Assembly (NCBI RefSeq): GCF_009914755.1
Contig: NC_060929.1
DNA from: the human T2T-CHM13v2.0 reference genome, Homo sapiens
Strand: one strand, 5' to 3'
Length of the DNA stretch: 64,000 nucleotides
Shown: positions 1-12,298 of the stretch, piece by piece
Layout of the letters: every line of letters begins with the position of its first letter
How positions within the stretch are numbered: the stretch's first letter is position 1
Translations under genes and position numbers: made by a program
The notes under the pieces: model-generated
The model's database searches: none
Told to the model about the DNA's origin: nothing
Seen by the model: only the letters and a program-made list of their open reading frames with translations

Positions 1-1459
1 ACATATACGAATTCTCTGACTCCTCTTTTTATCAATGTTTTTCTTTGATTCTGTCAGCAACTCCTGTACATTGCCCATAAATGAGAATCTATATAGTTAT
101 TTTAGGCTTCAGTTGGCAAGAATTGAGTTTTTTTGTCCATTACAACCATAAAAATTCAAATAAAGTAGACCAATATATCCATATAGCATACAATGTTGAT
201 CAGCCTGCTAATGCTGACATATCATTAGATTAAATCCAAATATTAAAGCTAATTTATTTGCTTCCTTTGGCTACATGGTATCATTTAAAGAAAAGAAATG
301 ACTTCCAAAACATATACCTATGAGGTGCAATTAATAATATGGTAGCAGCTAGTTAACAAGTTTAGAATGTATTTTCCATTGTATTTTGTAGTGTTATTAT
401 CCCATTTAACTATATGATCCTAGTTTGTTAATATTACATTTTTTAGATAATTGGTGAGTAATATTTGTGTTTCTTATAAACATTTATTGTGCATCTACTA
501 TAGGTCACATGCTTTACTCACATTTTAGCATTAAATATTTCCTATAATCCTAAAGCACAATAGTGATAAAGTGAAAATGTCTCTGTTGGTAGCGATTCTG
601 TAAGGGAAATATTTGAAATTTGTTTGCACTATAGTTGCAAAATGCATACACTGTACCACGCTAAGTTATAATGTTTATCAAAAATTATCTAAGTTCAAAC
701 TCAACATAGTAAATGATAATACAATTTAATTCAGACTCATACATTCTAAGATAAGAGACAACAACCTAAAAGTAATACAGATGAACGAATTTTATTTAAT
801 GATAAGACTACTGACTGTTCCAAAAAGTCCATGGTTTATTTTGTCAAATCCTTGAGAAGATAGTTCTATGACTCATTCTCTGTCCCCAAGAGTATAAATA
901 TCTTACACTAACAACTCCTCTTTTTTGAGAAACCAAATGTTTCCTAGGTTTTTAGTCTCCCTTATTGCAGCAAGTAATAAAACCAATTTGCTGAATGTAT
1001 TCTTAGTGGTCTTTGGCTGATGCACATGAACAATTATTAGCATACAAATTTTATAGAAGAAGGATATAAAACCTGAAAGAAGAGAAGGTTCTTAACAAAA
1101 GCCCATTGTATCAGATCTTAAAGAAACAGTTGAAATAATCTAGTCCACACTTTGATTTTACAGATGAGAAAACTGATAAAGGATGGGGATAAACATCATG
1201 ATCAATGTACAATTTTTTATTACTCCTATAACTGAAAAAAATATTTTTATTTATTCCTTTAGTCTCTATTCTTTATAAAAGAAAATGCTATTGCTACAAG
1301 AAATATAACAAAATATAATCAATTTGTAACAGAAGTAACAATTATAGTAAAAATTATTTTAAATTCATGCAAAATTACTTTAATTTCTAATTATTTTTCT
1401 CACTTACAAAATAGCCCCTTACAAAATATGTCTATGTCCTTATCAGAGAATGACCAGTT

Positions 1460-1672
1460 TCTTTACAGCCTACGGACTCAAGTTGCAATATTAACTCTGC
1501 CCTAGGTAAGCTGCCTGCTGGACTACTCTGTAGACTTTTGACCTGCCAACCTTTGCAATTAGGTTAGTTCATTCCCTAAAACCTCTCTTTGTGTATATGA
1601 TATATATAAACACACACGCACACATATATGTTCTATTAGTTCTTTTTTTTCTGAAGAACATTGACAACTATA
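1460..1672 (+). mobile_element. MLT2-like (ERVL) LTR 3' fragment
   Basis: Resembles the MLT2 3' portion (…ttttgacctgccaacc…ttccctaaaacctctct…[TA/CA]n…ctattagttct…gaagaacattgacaactata); diverged, boundaries approximate. Confidence 0.55.
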
Positions 1673-1789
1673 GAGGACATAATTAATTAATCCTAGGGAC
1701 ACTCAAATTAAACAGGTAAATCACCCCGATCTAACATAATTTCAGGTAGTGGTGAATAGGACTCTAGGAGAGAAACTAGGTGTTAGGGA

Positions 1790-2040
1790 ATGATGTGTAA
1801 TATGGTGTGGTAGGGTTTCTATATTAGATAGGAGAGCATGAGAAATTCAATTTGAAGAAATCATATTTAAGAAGAGAATACCTGAAATAAAAATGGAACT
1901 GGCCATGGGAGGTTTTGAGAGATCATTCACAACATAGAGAACAACAAGTACAAAGTCCATGAGTCACGTGTACTCGAGGAACAGCAAGAAGGCCACTGTG
2001 ATTTGACAAGAAGGTGTCCTATGAAGAAAGAATGATGTCG
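1790..2040 (-). mobile_element. L2 fragment
   Basis: L2-like motifs (agagaacaacaagtacaaagtccatgag…gaggaacagcaagaaggccactgtg); diverged. Confidence 0.5.
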
Positions 2041-2574
2041 GTTCAAAGAAAAAAGTAGCTACTTTCTGAAAAACCACCCAGAATCACACCTAACCTCAAA
2101 AGTGGAGTGAACTACCAGACACCAAGGAGTTCATTTGAAAATGACCAAATAAGGGAAGCAATGTGTAGAAAAGCTGTGGACTCACTCATTTCACCGAGGA
2201 ATAAAAGAATTAACCTTCAAAATGGGGTGTCGTTTTCCTATTGTAATGGAAAAATAAATTTAATTCCTGCTTGTATCTCACACGTTTTTTTTAAATAAAC
2301 AAGTTGCACATATTTCTGTTATAAGCTAAATTTAAACTTAACTAAGAAATGTAAAAGTATATGAGAGCAAAATTTTACGCAAGGTATGCAGAAACCATGC
2401 CTGATTTGTATGCGGGATCCACAGTCAGTGTATTTGTATAAGTTTGTTTGTCTCCATAGTTCACAGCACAATCTTAAACCACTTCCTTTGGTACTAAGAA
2501 GGCTGTTTGATGGTGACTATGAAAATACTAGCACTTAGAAAGAATCCTAATGAAATTAAAGATGTGGATTTTTT

Positions 2575-4690
2575 ACCATCTCATATACAATAGCTACAAA
2601 AAAATTAAAATACCTAGAAATACAACGAACCAAGGAGGTGAAAGATCTCTACAAGGAGAACTACGAAACACTGTTGAAAGTAATCATGGATGACACAAAC
2701 AAATAGAAAATACTCTATGTTCATTGATTGGAAAAATCAATATTTTTAAAATGGCCATAATACTCAAAGTAATCTACAGATGCATTGTTATTCCTATCAA
2801 ATTACCAATATAATTCTTCATAGAATTAGGAATAGCTATTATAAAATTCCTATAGAATCAAAAAAGAGCCTGAATTACCAAGGCAATCCTAAGCAAAAAG
2901 ATCAAAACCAGATATATGATATTATCTGACTTCAAACTATACTATAAATGTACAGTAACCAAAACAGCACGGTACTGGGACAAAAACAGACACATAGACC
3001 AATGGAACAGAATAGACTGCCCAAAAATAAAGCTGCACACCTAGAGCCATCTGATCTTCAAAAAAGTTGTCAAAAACAAGTAAAGTGGGAAAAAACTCTA
3101 TTCAATAGATGGTGCTGGGATAACTGGCTAGCCATATGCAGAATGAAACTGGACCTCTCCTTTCACCATATATAATAACTAACTCAAGATGGATTAAAGA
3201 TTTAAATGTAAGACTTCAAACTTTAAAAACCCTTGAAGAAAACCTAGGAAACACCATTTTGCACATTGGCTTTTGCAAAAACTTCATGACTATTCCTCAA
3301 AAGCAATTGCAATAAAAACAAAAATAGACAAGTGGGACCTAAACTAAAGAGCTTCTGCACAGTAAAAGAAATTATCAACAGAATAAATAGACAACCTACA
3401 GAGTGGGAGAAAATACTGAAAACTGTGCACACAACAAAGGTCTGATATCCAGAATCTATAAGGAATGTAAACAGTTCAATAAACAAAACATATATAACCC
3501 TATTAAAAATGAGAAAAAGACATGGACACTTCTTGAAAGAAGATATACAAACAGCCAACAAATATATGAAAAAATAATCAACATCACTATCAGAGAAATG
3601 CAAATCAAAACTACAATGAGATACCATTTCCCTCCAATCAAAATGGCTAGTTATTAAAATGTCAAAAAACAACATATACTGGTAAGGCTGTGGAGGGAAA
3701 GGAACACTGTTGGTGGGAATGTAAATTAGTTCAGCCCCTGTGAAAAGCAGTTTGGAGATTTCTCAAGGAGTTTGAAAAGGAATTACCATTCAACCCAGCA
3801 ATCCTATTACTTGGTATATATCCATGCAGATGTATGTTCATTGTTATATATTCATGCACATGTATGTTCATTGTAGCACTATTCACAATAGCAAAGATGT
3901 GGAATCAATCTAGGTGCCTATAAATGGTAGTTTCAATAAAGAAAATGTGATACATATAAACCATGGAATAGTATGCAGCCATAAAAACATGAAATCATGT
4001 CTTTTACAGCAACATGGATGCAGCTGGAGGCCATTATCCTAAGTGAATTAAAGCAGGAACAGAAAACCAAATACCACATGTTCTCCCTTACAAGTGGGAG
4101 CTAAACATTGGGTACACACGTGACATGGTTTGGCTGTGTCCCCACCTAAATCTCATCTTGAATTCCCATGTGTTGTGGGAGGGACCCAATGGGAGGTAAT
4201 TGAATCATGGGGGGCAAGTCTTTCCCATGCTGTTCTTGTGATATTTACTAAGTCCCATGAGATCTGATGGTTTTCAAAAGAGGAGTTCCCCTGAACAATC
4301 GCTCTCTATTCCTGCTGCCATCCACGCAAGACATGACTTGTTTCTCCTTGCCTTCACCATTATTTTGAGGCCTCCCCAGCCACATTGTGAGTTCTCCATT
4401 AAACCTCTTTTTCTGTATTAATTAACCAGTTTTGGGTATATCTTTATCAGCAGTGTGAAAACAGACTAATACAACATGAACATAAAGATGAGAACAATTA
4501 ACACTGGGGACTATTAGAGTGGGGAGAAAAAAGAGGGGCAAAGGCTGAACAACTACCTATTGAATTCTATGCTCACTACCTGGGTGACAGGATCGTTTGC
4601 ATCTCAAATCTCAGTGTCACAGAATGTACCCATGTAACAAACCTGCATATGTACCTCCTGGTTCTAAAATAAAAGTCACAATTATAAACA
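2575..4690 (+). mobile_element. 5'-truncated L1 (L1PA15/16-like): ORF2 C-terminal remnant plus 3' UTR, interrupted by a THE1 LTR
   Basis: ORF2 peptide LFNRWCWDNWLAICR and [13 protein letters not shown]; 3' UTR ending tgtaacaaacctgcatatgtacc…aataaaagt; many stops and frameshifts. Confidence 0.92.
4121..4473 (+). mobile_element. THE1 (B/C-like) MaLR solo LTR nested in L1
   Basis: tgacatggtttggctgtgtcccc…acagactaataca termini; 5-bp TSD acacg (4116-4120) / acatg (4474-4478). Confidence 0.93.
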
Positions 4691-5458
4691 AACAATGTTT
4701 TATATATTTATATAATATCTATATATATGTGAAATACATATTTCATATATTAGAATATATATATTATATAACACACACATATATGCACACACATACAGCT
4801 CATGGGCAATTATTTCTCCAATGAATTAAATTCAAAAAGCACAGGTTTTTCTCAACGTAAGTGAAATTTTGACCTAGTTGTGCTTGGATGCATCAGCCTG
4901 GACAGCAGGAGGTATGTTATAACCTTAACATTTATCATTGTTACACAGGAGTTACAGGTTAAAAGATACCACGGTCAAAACTAGATTTGTGTCATTTCTG
5001 AAATCAATATATCACTGACACAAAATCACAGTCCATAACATTACCTTAGGCTCATAGTGGTTCACAATGATATACTTGAAAATCTCATTTCAGGAACAGA
5101 GAAGCCTGGGTCTGTCATGCCAAGGTAACAAACTAAAATTTATCTTTTAACCAACGTAATAAAATATCTTCATTTTAATTTGGAAAATTAAAATATTAAA
5201 TAATTACAGGAGTAATTTTATACTAAAACAAATATAATTGGGCAACAAAAAAAAACTGGATAATATTAACATTGGGGTAAATGTTATAACTTTTCCTTTT
5301 CGGTGAGATTAACAACATTGTGTAGACTGACTTCATGAGAAGCTCTGTAGAAAGTTGGAAAGAGAAGGTGAACTGAGATGTAAATAAAATATTTTACATG
5401 TACTATGAATTACATATATATTTATTTATTATATGGTCTCATTATTCTTCATACTAAC

Positions 5459-5813
5459 TGATATGGTTTGACTGTGTCCCCGCCCAGCTCTCAATTGAAT
5501 TGTATCTCCCAGAATTCCCGTGTGTTGTGGGAGGGACCCAGGGGGGAGGTAATTGAATTTTGGGGGCCGGTCTTTCCCATGCTATTCTTGTGATAGTGAA
5601 TAAGTCCCTTGAGATCTGATGGGTTTATCAGGGGTTTCCACTTTTGCCTCTTCCTCATTTTTCTCTTGCTGCCACCATGTAAGAAGTGCCTTTTGCCTCT
5701 CGCCATGATTCTGAGGCCTCCCCAGCCATGTGGAACTGTAAGTCCAATTAAATCTCTTTTGCTTCCCAGTCTCAGGTAGGTCTTTGTCAGCAGCATGAAT
5801 GCGGACTAATACA
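5459..5813 (+). mobile_element. THE1A MaLR solo LTR
   Basis: tgatatggtttg…gactaataca; THE1A-type internal ttgtatctcccagaattccc and gggtttatcaggggtttcc; TSD ctaac/cttac. Confidence 0.92.
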
Positions 5814-5994
5814 CTTACACTGCATGTTCAGGAACGGTCAGCATGTACATGGAGTGAGGATATTTATCTATTTCTTGGACAGGTTAACTAATTACATAGT
5901 AAACTTGCACACCCACCACAAATAAACATAATAATTATAAAGCTCTGGGTACTCTACCACTTTACATGACTATATTTTTGATCACTTATGTTAT

Positions 5995-6330
5995 TTAATA
6001 ATTAATTCAACACGATGTTTAGCACCTACTACTTAAGAAACACTAGTGTCACACGGGATTAAATAAATGATCCCTGTCCGTCCTTGAGGGAGCTCACAGA
6101 CTTTGTGCGTGTGTGTATGTGTGTGCATGTGTATAGAATTGCAGAAGGCTGGGATGGGCAATTATAGTACAATATGGTAATGCCTATGATAATTGCGTAC
6201 ACAGAGCTCTATAGGCACAGAAGGAAATCTGTGTAACAACACTCTGAGATGAGGAAGGATTTTCAGAAAGAAGTTTATTCTAAATTTAGTTAGAGAAACA
6301 GGATTCTTCTAGAAAAAAATAGGAATGATC
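5995..6330 (-). mobile_element. L2 3' end fragment
   Basis: attcaaca…tttagcacctact…atccctgtcc…gagctcacagact, typical of the L2 3' end read antisense. Confidence 0.5.
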
Positions 6331-7509
6331 TGGGGGTTGTGAGAAATTTTAGAACTGTGATAAAGACGAGTGTATTTAAAATCAGTTAAGTAATTTGTGA
6401 TCAGTGTGTTAAATTTGGTATGTATCTTACTGTTCAGTTTACAACCTTATGTCAGAATGGTTCTTTCTTTATTATCAATATTTTCATTGCCCAAAACACA
6501 ATAAATTAATAAGTTCTAAGAAGTAACATTTGGACATAGTTTCAGGCAAAGACACACCACCAATTAAGATAAGTTTCTAATTAGAAATATCATATAGAAC
6601 ATGTTTGAATTATGTATCATTCTGTTCCCACAACCCTAAACATGTATACACCAAGTAAAAATGTTGAAGAGTTATTGTCTTCCACACCTCCATTTTTTAA
6701 TATGCATGATTTCCACATTTCCAAGGATTCTAGTCTTTTATCATTGTGGTGTCCTAAAGTTAGGTGTGATAACTTTATGTTTAAGAGAAGTTTAGGTGCT
6801 AGATAGCTATGAGCTACCCCACTACTCCCCAAAACAGAAAAAAAATCTAGTGAAGAAATAATGCAGAAAGAGGAAAAATCTTCCAAAGAATGATTCCCTT
6901 CTACTCCATTCTACCAAATACCACCCTCTTCCTTCTATGGTGAGTGACACAAATCTTCATTGCATTACACTTAGTGTATAATCCATATTTATTTATTTAT
7001 AAGGTGTTATTCAGTTGATACATTGTTTTGGTGAAGCTTATTTAGTTGTTTTAGGTTAGGATAGACATAATTTTTCTCATAAGAGTTACTGAAATAGTCT
7101 TTGACTTCATGAATTCTAATTTTGGGTCTGGATTATTTGGGATGAGTAAGAATAATAACATTATTATTATTATGGGATAGATGTGTACTAGTTAAACATG
7201 ACTTTATTAAAATTACTAGGATCCTTGCATTAAATTTTCAGTGACAATGAATAAAACATCTTTCATTTGGTTTTTGGCTCTGTGTATGTATGTGTGTGTG
7301 TGCGCTTGTGTGTGTGTGTTTGTGTTTTCTGGTAAATGCCTTTTTATGTTTTTCACCCTTTTTCTGGTGGCAGAGGTTCAAGGAAAGGTGTTCGTCATTA
7401 TAAATTTTGATTGCATTCTAGGATGTAAAAAATTATTTCTATGTAAGTTGCAGCTGGTTATTTTCCCTTTTAATTTGCTTATGTTGATTTTGCCATAAAT
7501 ATATCAATA

Positions 7510-7812
<303 letters not shown>

Positions 7813-9193
7813 TAAGTCTCATCATATATTTAGAAAAAAATTCACAGCTATAAAACTTTTAAAATGTGGATAATGTTTTCATTCAGTTTGTTGTTGTTGT
7901 TGATGATGATTAATGTAGTTTAGGTGTTTCAGCCTTGTGGGCTTGCTACTATCTCAATGCTCCCATTAATCAACACATTGTAAAAGTTACTAACAGAGTT
8001 CACAAAATGGAGGCCTTTCCCATGGGGAATTTCTCTTCATAGTAAGGAAGAAAGAAAATCTACATTTGCTACAAGTAGATATATAAAAGAAAGTGAGGAA
8101 AGAGCTGAGACAATTCTATACATATCTCCCACTGTTTGAGTCATTCTAGTCTACTCTTGAATTATTCCAACTCTATGAAAAGGGGCTCAGCATTCCTCCC
8201 TCAACAAACTATGAGAACTAATAAAAATTAGAAGTGGATTGAATTATATAAATATAATGTGTTTGGCATCAATAAAGCAAAACATATTCCTAAGTGACAG
8301 TATTTGTCAACTTTAAATTTCTCTTATTTCTATTTTTATTCAAGAAAATACATTATTTTTAATCAGTATGTAGGATCAATTTCAAAGATTAAAAACTTTA
8401 ATCATTCTCTAGACAGCTTTTATTTTAACAAATTTTATAATTGAAATAATTTGGTTGAAATATAGTTTTCTTAAAAAGAATGAAAATTCAAAAACTAAAG
8501 TCCTTAAGAGTACATTCCTAAATCTGTGGGTTTTTTGGTCAGTTTTTTAACTTAATTGATAATATGTCTTTCAACTGTTGAGTGGCTTTTAAACTACAAT
8601 TTTATATTTAGAATAAAAAACACTTTTTATACAAGGAATATATCTACCAAGTAAAAGATATAAAGGCTGTCCAGAATTTCTCTTCACTAAAATAATATAG
8701 AAAATGTATGTTTTGATATTTACTAAAAAACTATTGTGCAATTTTAAGGTTCATTTTCTGTTTATTTTTATTTTTATTTTTAATGATGTATATTTGCTTC
8801 AATCCTGAAGGAAGTTTGTACAACTAAGTTTTTCTCTACCTTGGGATCTAAATGTTGCTGCTCCTTCGGCAATAGCACTTTGATGTTTATCAAAGCCTAC
8901 TAGTTGAGAAACACGAAGCGAAAATGCAGAAATGGCTGCCTTCAAACTATTTATATTTAAATATGTTTCAGACATATGGGAAAAATATTTTCACTATAAA
9001 CAAATACATTTCACAAAGGACATTTTTTATGTTTGATGAGGACTTAAATGGAGATTTTGGTCATGTGTACCTAGTTATATACACTAAAAAAATGCATTTA
9101 ATTGTTTTGTAAATTCTAAGCTACCTATTGGATCAGACAACTTTATCAAAACATTAGTAAATCATTCACAAAACTTAAAACAATAACCCCAGT

Positions 9194-9562
9194 TGATATA
9201 GTTTGGCTCTGTGTCCCCAACCAAATCTCATCTAGAAATTTAATCCCCATAATCCCCACATCGAGGGAGGGACCTAGTAGAGGTGATTGGATCATGGAGG
9301 CAGTTTCCCCATGCCGGTCTTGTGATAGTGAGTGAGTTCTCATGAGATCTGATGATTTTGTAAGTGTTTTACAGTTCCTCTTTTACATGCGTTCTAACTC
9401 CTGTCCCCATGTAAGATGTGCCTGTTTTCTCTTGAGCCATGATTGTGAGTTTCCTGAGGCCTCCTCAGCCATGTGGAACTGCAAGTCAGTTAAACCTTTT
9501 TTCTTTATGAAGTACCCAGTTTCAGGCAGTTCTTTATAGCAGTGTGAGAACCAACTAATACA
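9194..9562 (+). mobile_element. THE1D/MSTA-like MaLR solo LTR
   Basis: tgatatagtttggctctgtgtcccc…actaataca; flanks ccagt/ctggt (TSD with CpG decay). Confidence 0.9.
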
Positions 9563-9788
9563 CTGGTAATTGGAAAGAGAAATTAATTTTTCACCTTTAT
9601 ATCCCTAGTTCCTCACACAGAATTTGGTTGATAGTACACATTTAATACATTTTAAATAAATTATGTATAAGTTCATCTTCTTTATAACAGTGTAAAAATT
9701 GCTTATGACAAATTGGTGGCTTTGGTTTTTAAAATAAGCAAACTGGTTTTTGCTAATGCTGGCTTTTGGCTTTTAAAATGTGTAATCT

Positions 9789-10471
9789 AGCCAGGCACAG
9801 TGGCTCGTTTTTGCAATCCCAGCACTTTTGGAGGCCAAGGGAGGAGGATCACTTGAGGCCAGGAGTTCAAGACCAGCCTGAGTAACATAACCAGACCCAG
9901 TTGCTACCAAAAGAAACAAACAAATAATTAGTCGGTATGGTGGCACATGCCTGTATTCCTGGGTACTCAGAAGGCTGAGATGGGAGGTTTGCTTGAGTCC
10001 AGGATTTCAAGGCTGCAGTGAGCTATTGTGTTAGTCCAGTCTCAGGATGCTATAAAGAAATACGTGAGATTGGGTAATTTACAAAGAAAAGAAGTTTAAT
10101 TGACTCATATTTCTGCATGGCTAGGAAGGCCTCAGGAAACTTACAATCATGGTGGATGGTGAAGGGGAAGAAAGGCAACCTTCTTCACAGGGCATCAGGA
10201 AGGAGAAGTACAGAGCAAAGGAGGGAAAGCTTCTCATAAAACCATCAGATCTTGTGAGAACTCATTCACTATCGCAAGAACAGCATGGGGATAACTGCCC
10301 CCATGATTCAATTACCTCCCACCAGGTCCCTCTCACGATATGTGGGGATTATGGGACCTACAATTCAAGATGAGAGTTGGGTGGGAACACAGCCAAACCA
10401 TATCAGCTATAATCACACCACTACACTCTGGCGTAGGTGACAGAATGAGACCCTGTTTCTCTCTTTTTTTT
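9789..10471 (+). mobile_element. AluJ, split by a THE1 LTR
   Basis: AluJ features (gaggatcacttgaggccaggagttc, ttcaaggctgcagtgagctat); right arm resumes at 10411. Confidence 0.9.
10027..10405 (-). mobile_element. THE1C/D-like solo LTR inserted in AluJ
   Basis: tgtgttagtcc…ccaaaccatatca termini; perfect TSD GCTAT at 10022-10026 and 10406-10410. Confidence 0.93.
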
Positions 10472-11533
10472 AAGTGTGATCTATAGACAAATATTTATTT
10501 ATGACTTTTATAAAAGAACTTTTCCAAATACTTGTGGTATAAATATTTGCTTTAGTAGTCTGTAAATAGTAATTTTAGCAGTAATAGGAACAGCTCACTG
10601 TCAGCTGAAACACAATCATTACTGACACAATAGGAGTACTGGAGGAAAAGCAAACACCCTATAACCTTACCCATTCCTATAAGTCCTCTCTCTTCACTAT
10701 AAATGTGACACACTGATGAAAAGAATGACTATTTGAATGAACTGTGCATGATCAGGATAAGTCAGCTGATTATTTCAAATCCTTGAGTTGTTACATTTTT
10801 AAATATATTTTGAATCCTCTATAAATATAAAGTGTGCATTCCAATTTTGTACGATGTTATTCAAAGTGCTGCACTCAAGAAAAAAATGAATCTTGATTTT
10901 TCTAAGCAAAGCTTTACAGCTCCTAACCGTGGCAAGAAGCTTGGTCAAATCTAATCTCATTAATCATCCCAAAGATTAAATATTTTTGCATGGTCTAGAA
11001 TTGATACACATTTTCAGTTTCAAAAACAGGAATTGAAATTGGAAAGTGCCTGGGGCACAGGATAAGTATAATTTATATGACTGTGATGAGGCTTTTGCCG
11101 ATGCCCCTTTTCTTCTTCTTTCTGTCTATTTCATTTCTTTGGCTCTGCAGTTACTAAGCCAACAACCCCCAAGTCTCCTCCCACCACAGGACTCTTATTT
11201 CTCATTTCTCCCCTTGCACTGACCTATCTTCCTGCATTTTAGTTCCAACCTAGAACTGAAAAGCTTTGTTAGCTGTTATTCTCAGCAGTAATGGGCAGCT
11301 TTCCTTTGGAAGTAAGTGACTGCAATTGCCCCCTAATAGGTTCTGTACTCTTTAGTCCAGAGTAACTGAATCTATTAATTTCCCCTGCTTCTTCGGCCAG
11401 AATGCACTTCCCATGAAAGGATGGTGAGGGGAGGGATCCAAGCTTCTAGGGATACTATTGAATAGCAGACAAGGGATTGGAGGAAATGGTAAAGATAATT
11501 TTTCAAGAAAATTGTTAGAAAAGAAATTGGTAC

Positions 11534-11934
11534 TCAAGACCTTGGGAGTCCACCTCTTTCAATAGTGTGTCCTGGGTGTGAGACATGCAAAGAAGATCAC
11601 TTTGGAACTTTAAGATTTAATGACTGACTTTCTTGGTTTCCAGCTTACATGGGGACTGTGGCCCCTTTGTTTGGCCAATTTCTCCCATTTGGAATGGGAA
11701 CATTCCCCATTACCCAATGTCTGTACCCCACATTGTATTGTTGAATTAACTAACTTGTTTTTGATATTACAGGCTCATAGGCAGAAGGGACTCACCTTGT
11801 CTCAAATGAGACTTTGGACTTGGACTTTTGGGTTAATGCTGCAATGAGTTAAGACCTTGGGGGACTGTTGGGAAGACATGATTGGCTTTGAAATGTGAAA
11901 AGAACATGAGATTTGGGAGGGAACAGGTGAAGAA
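11534..11934 (+). mobile_element. THE1/MST internal region, 3' part
   Basis: MaLR-int 3' sequence (ttggccaatttctcccatttggaatggg…gacatgagatttgggagg) with purine tract abutting the LTR. Confidence 0.88.
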
Positions 11935-12298
11935 TAATATGGTTTGGCTCTGTGTTCCCACCCAAATATCATCGTGAATTGTAATCCCCAGGTGCCCAAG
12001 GTAGGACCCGGTGGGAAGTGACTGGATCATGGGGGTGGTTTCCCCCGTGCTGTTCTCATGATAGTGAAAGAGTTCTCATGAGATCTGATGGTTTAAAAGT
12101 AGCAGTTTCCCCAGCGTTCTCTCTCTCCTGCTGCCCTGTGAAGAGGGTACTTGCTTCTCTTTTGCTTTCCGTCATAATTGTAAGTTTCCTGAGGCCTTCC
12201 CAGCCATGCAAAACTGTGAGTCAATTAAACCTCTTTTATTTATAAACTACCCAGTCTTAGGTAATATCTTTACAGAAGTGTGAAAACAGACTAATAGA
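11935..12298 (+). mobile_element. THE1D/MSTA-like 3' LTR
   Basis: taatatggtttggctctgtg…aaaacagactaataga. Confidence 0.9.

Noticed and set aside
6612-6946. ORFs 6612-6886 and a donor-like ATG|GTGAGT near 6940 as an exon
   Set aside because: No recognisable protein, no matching acceptor or frame; such motifs are expected by chance
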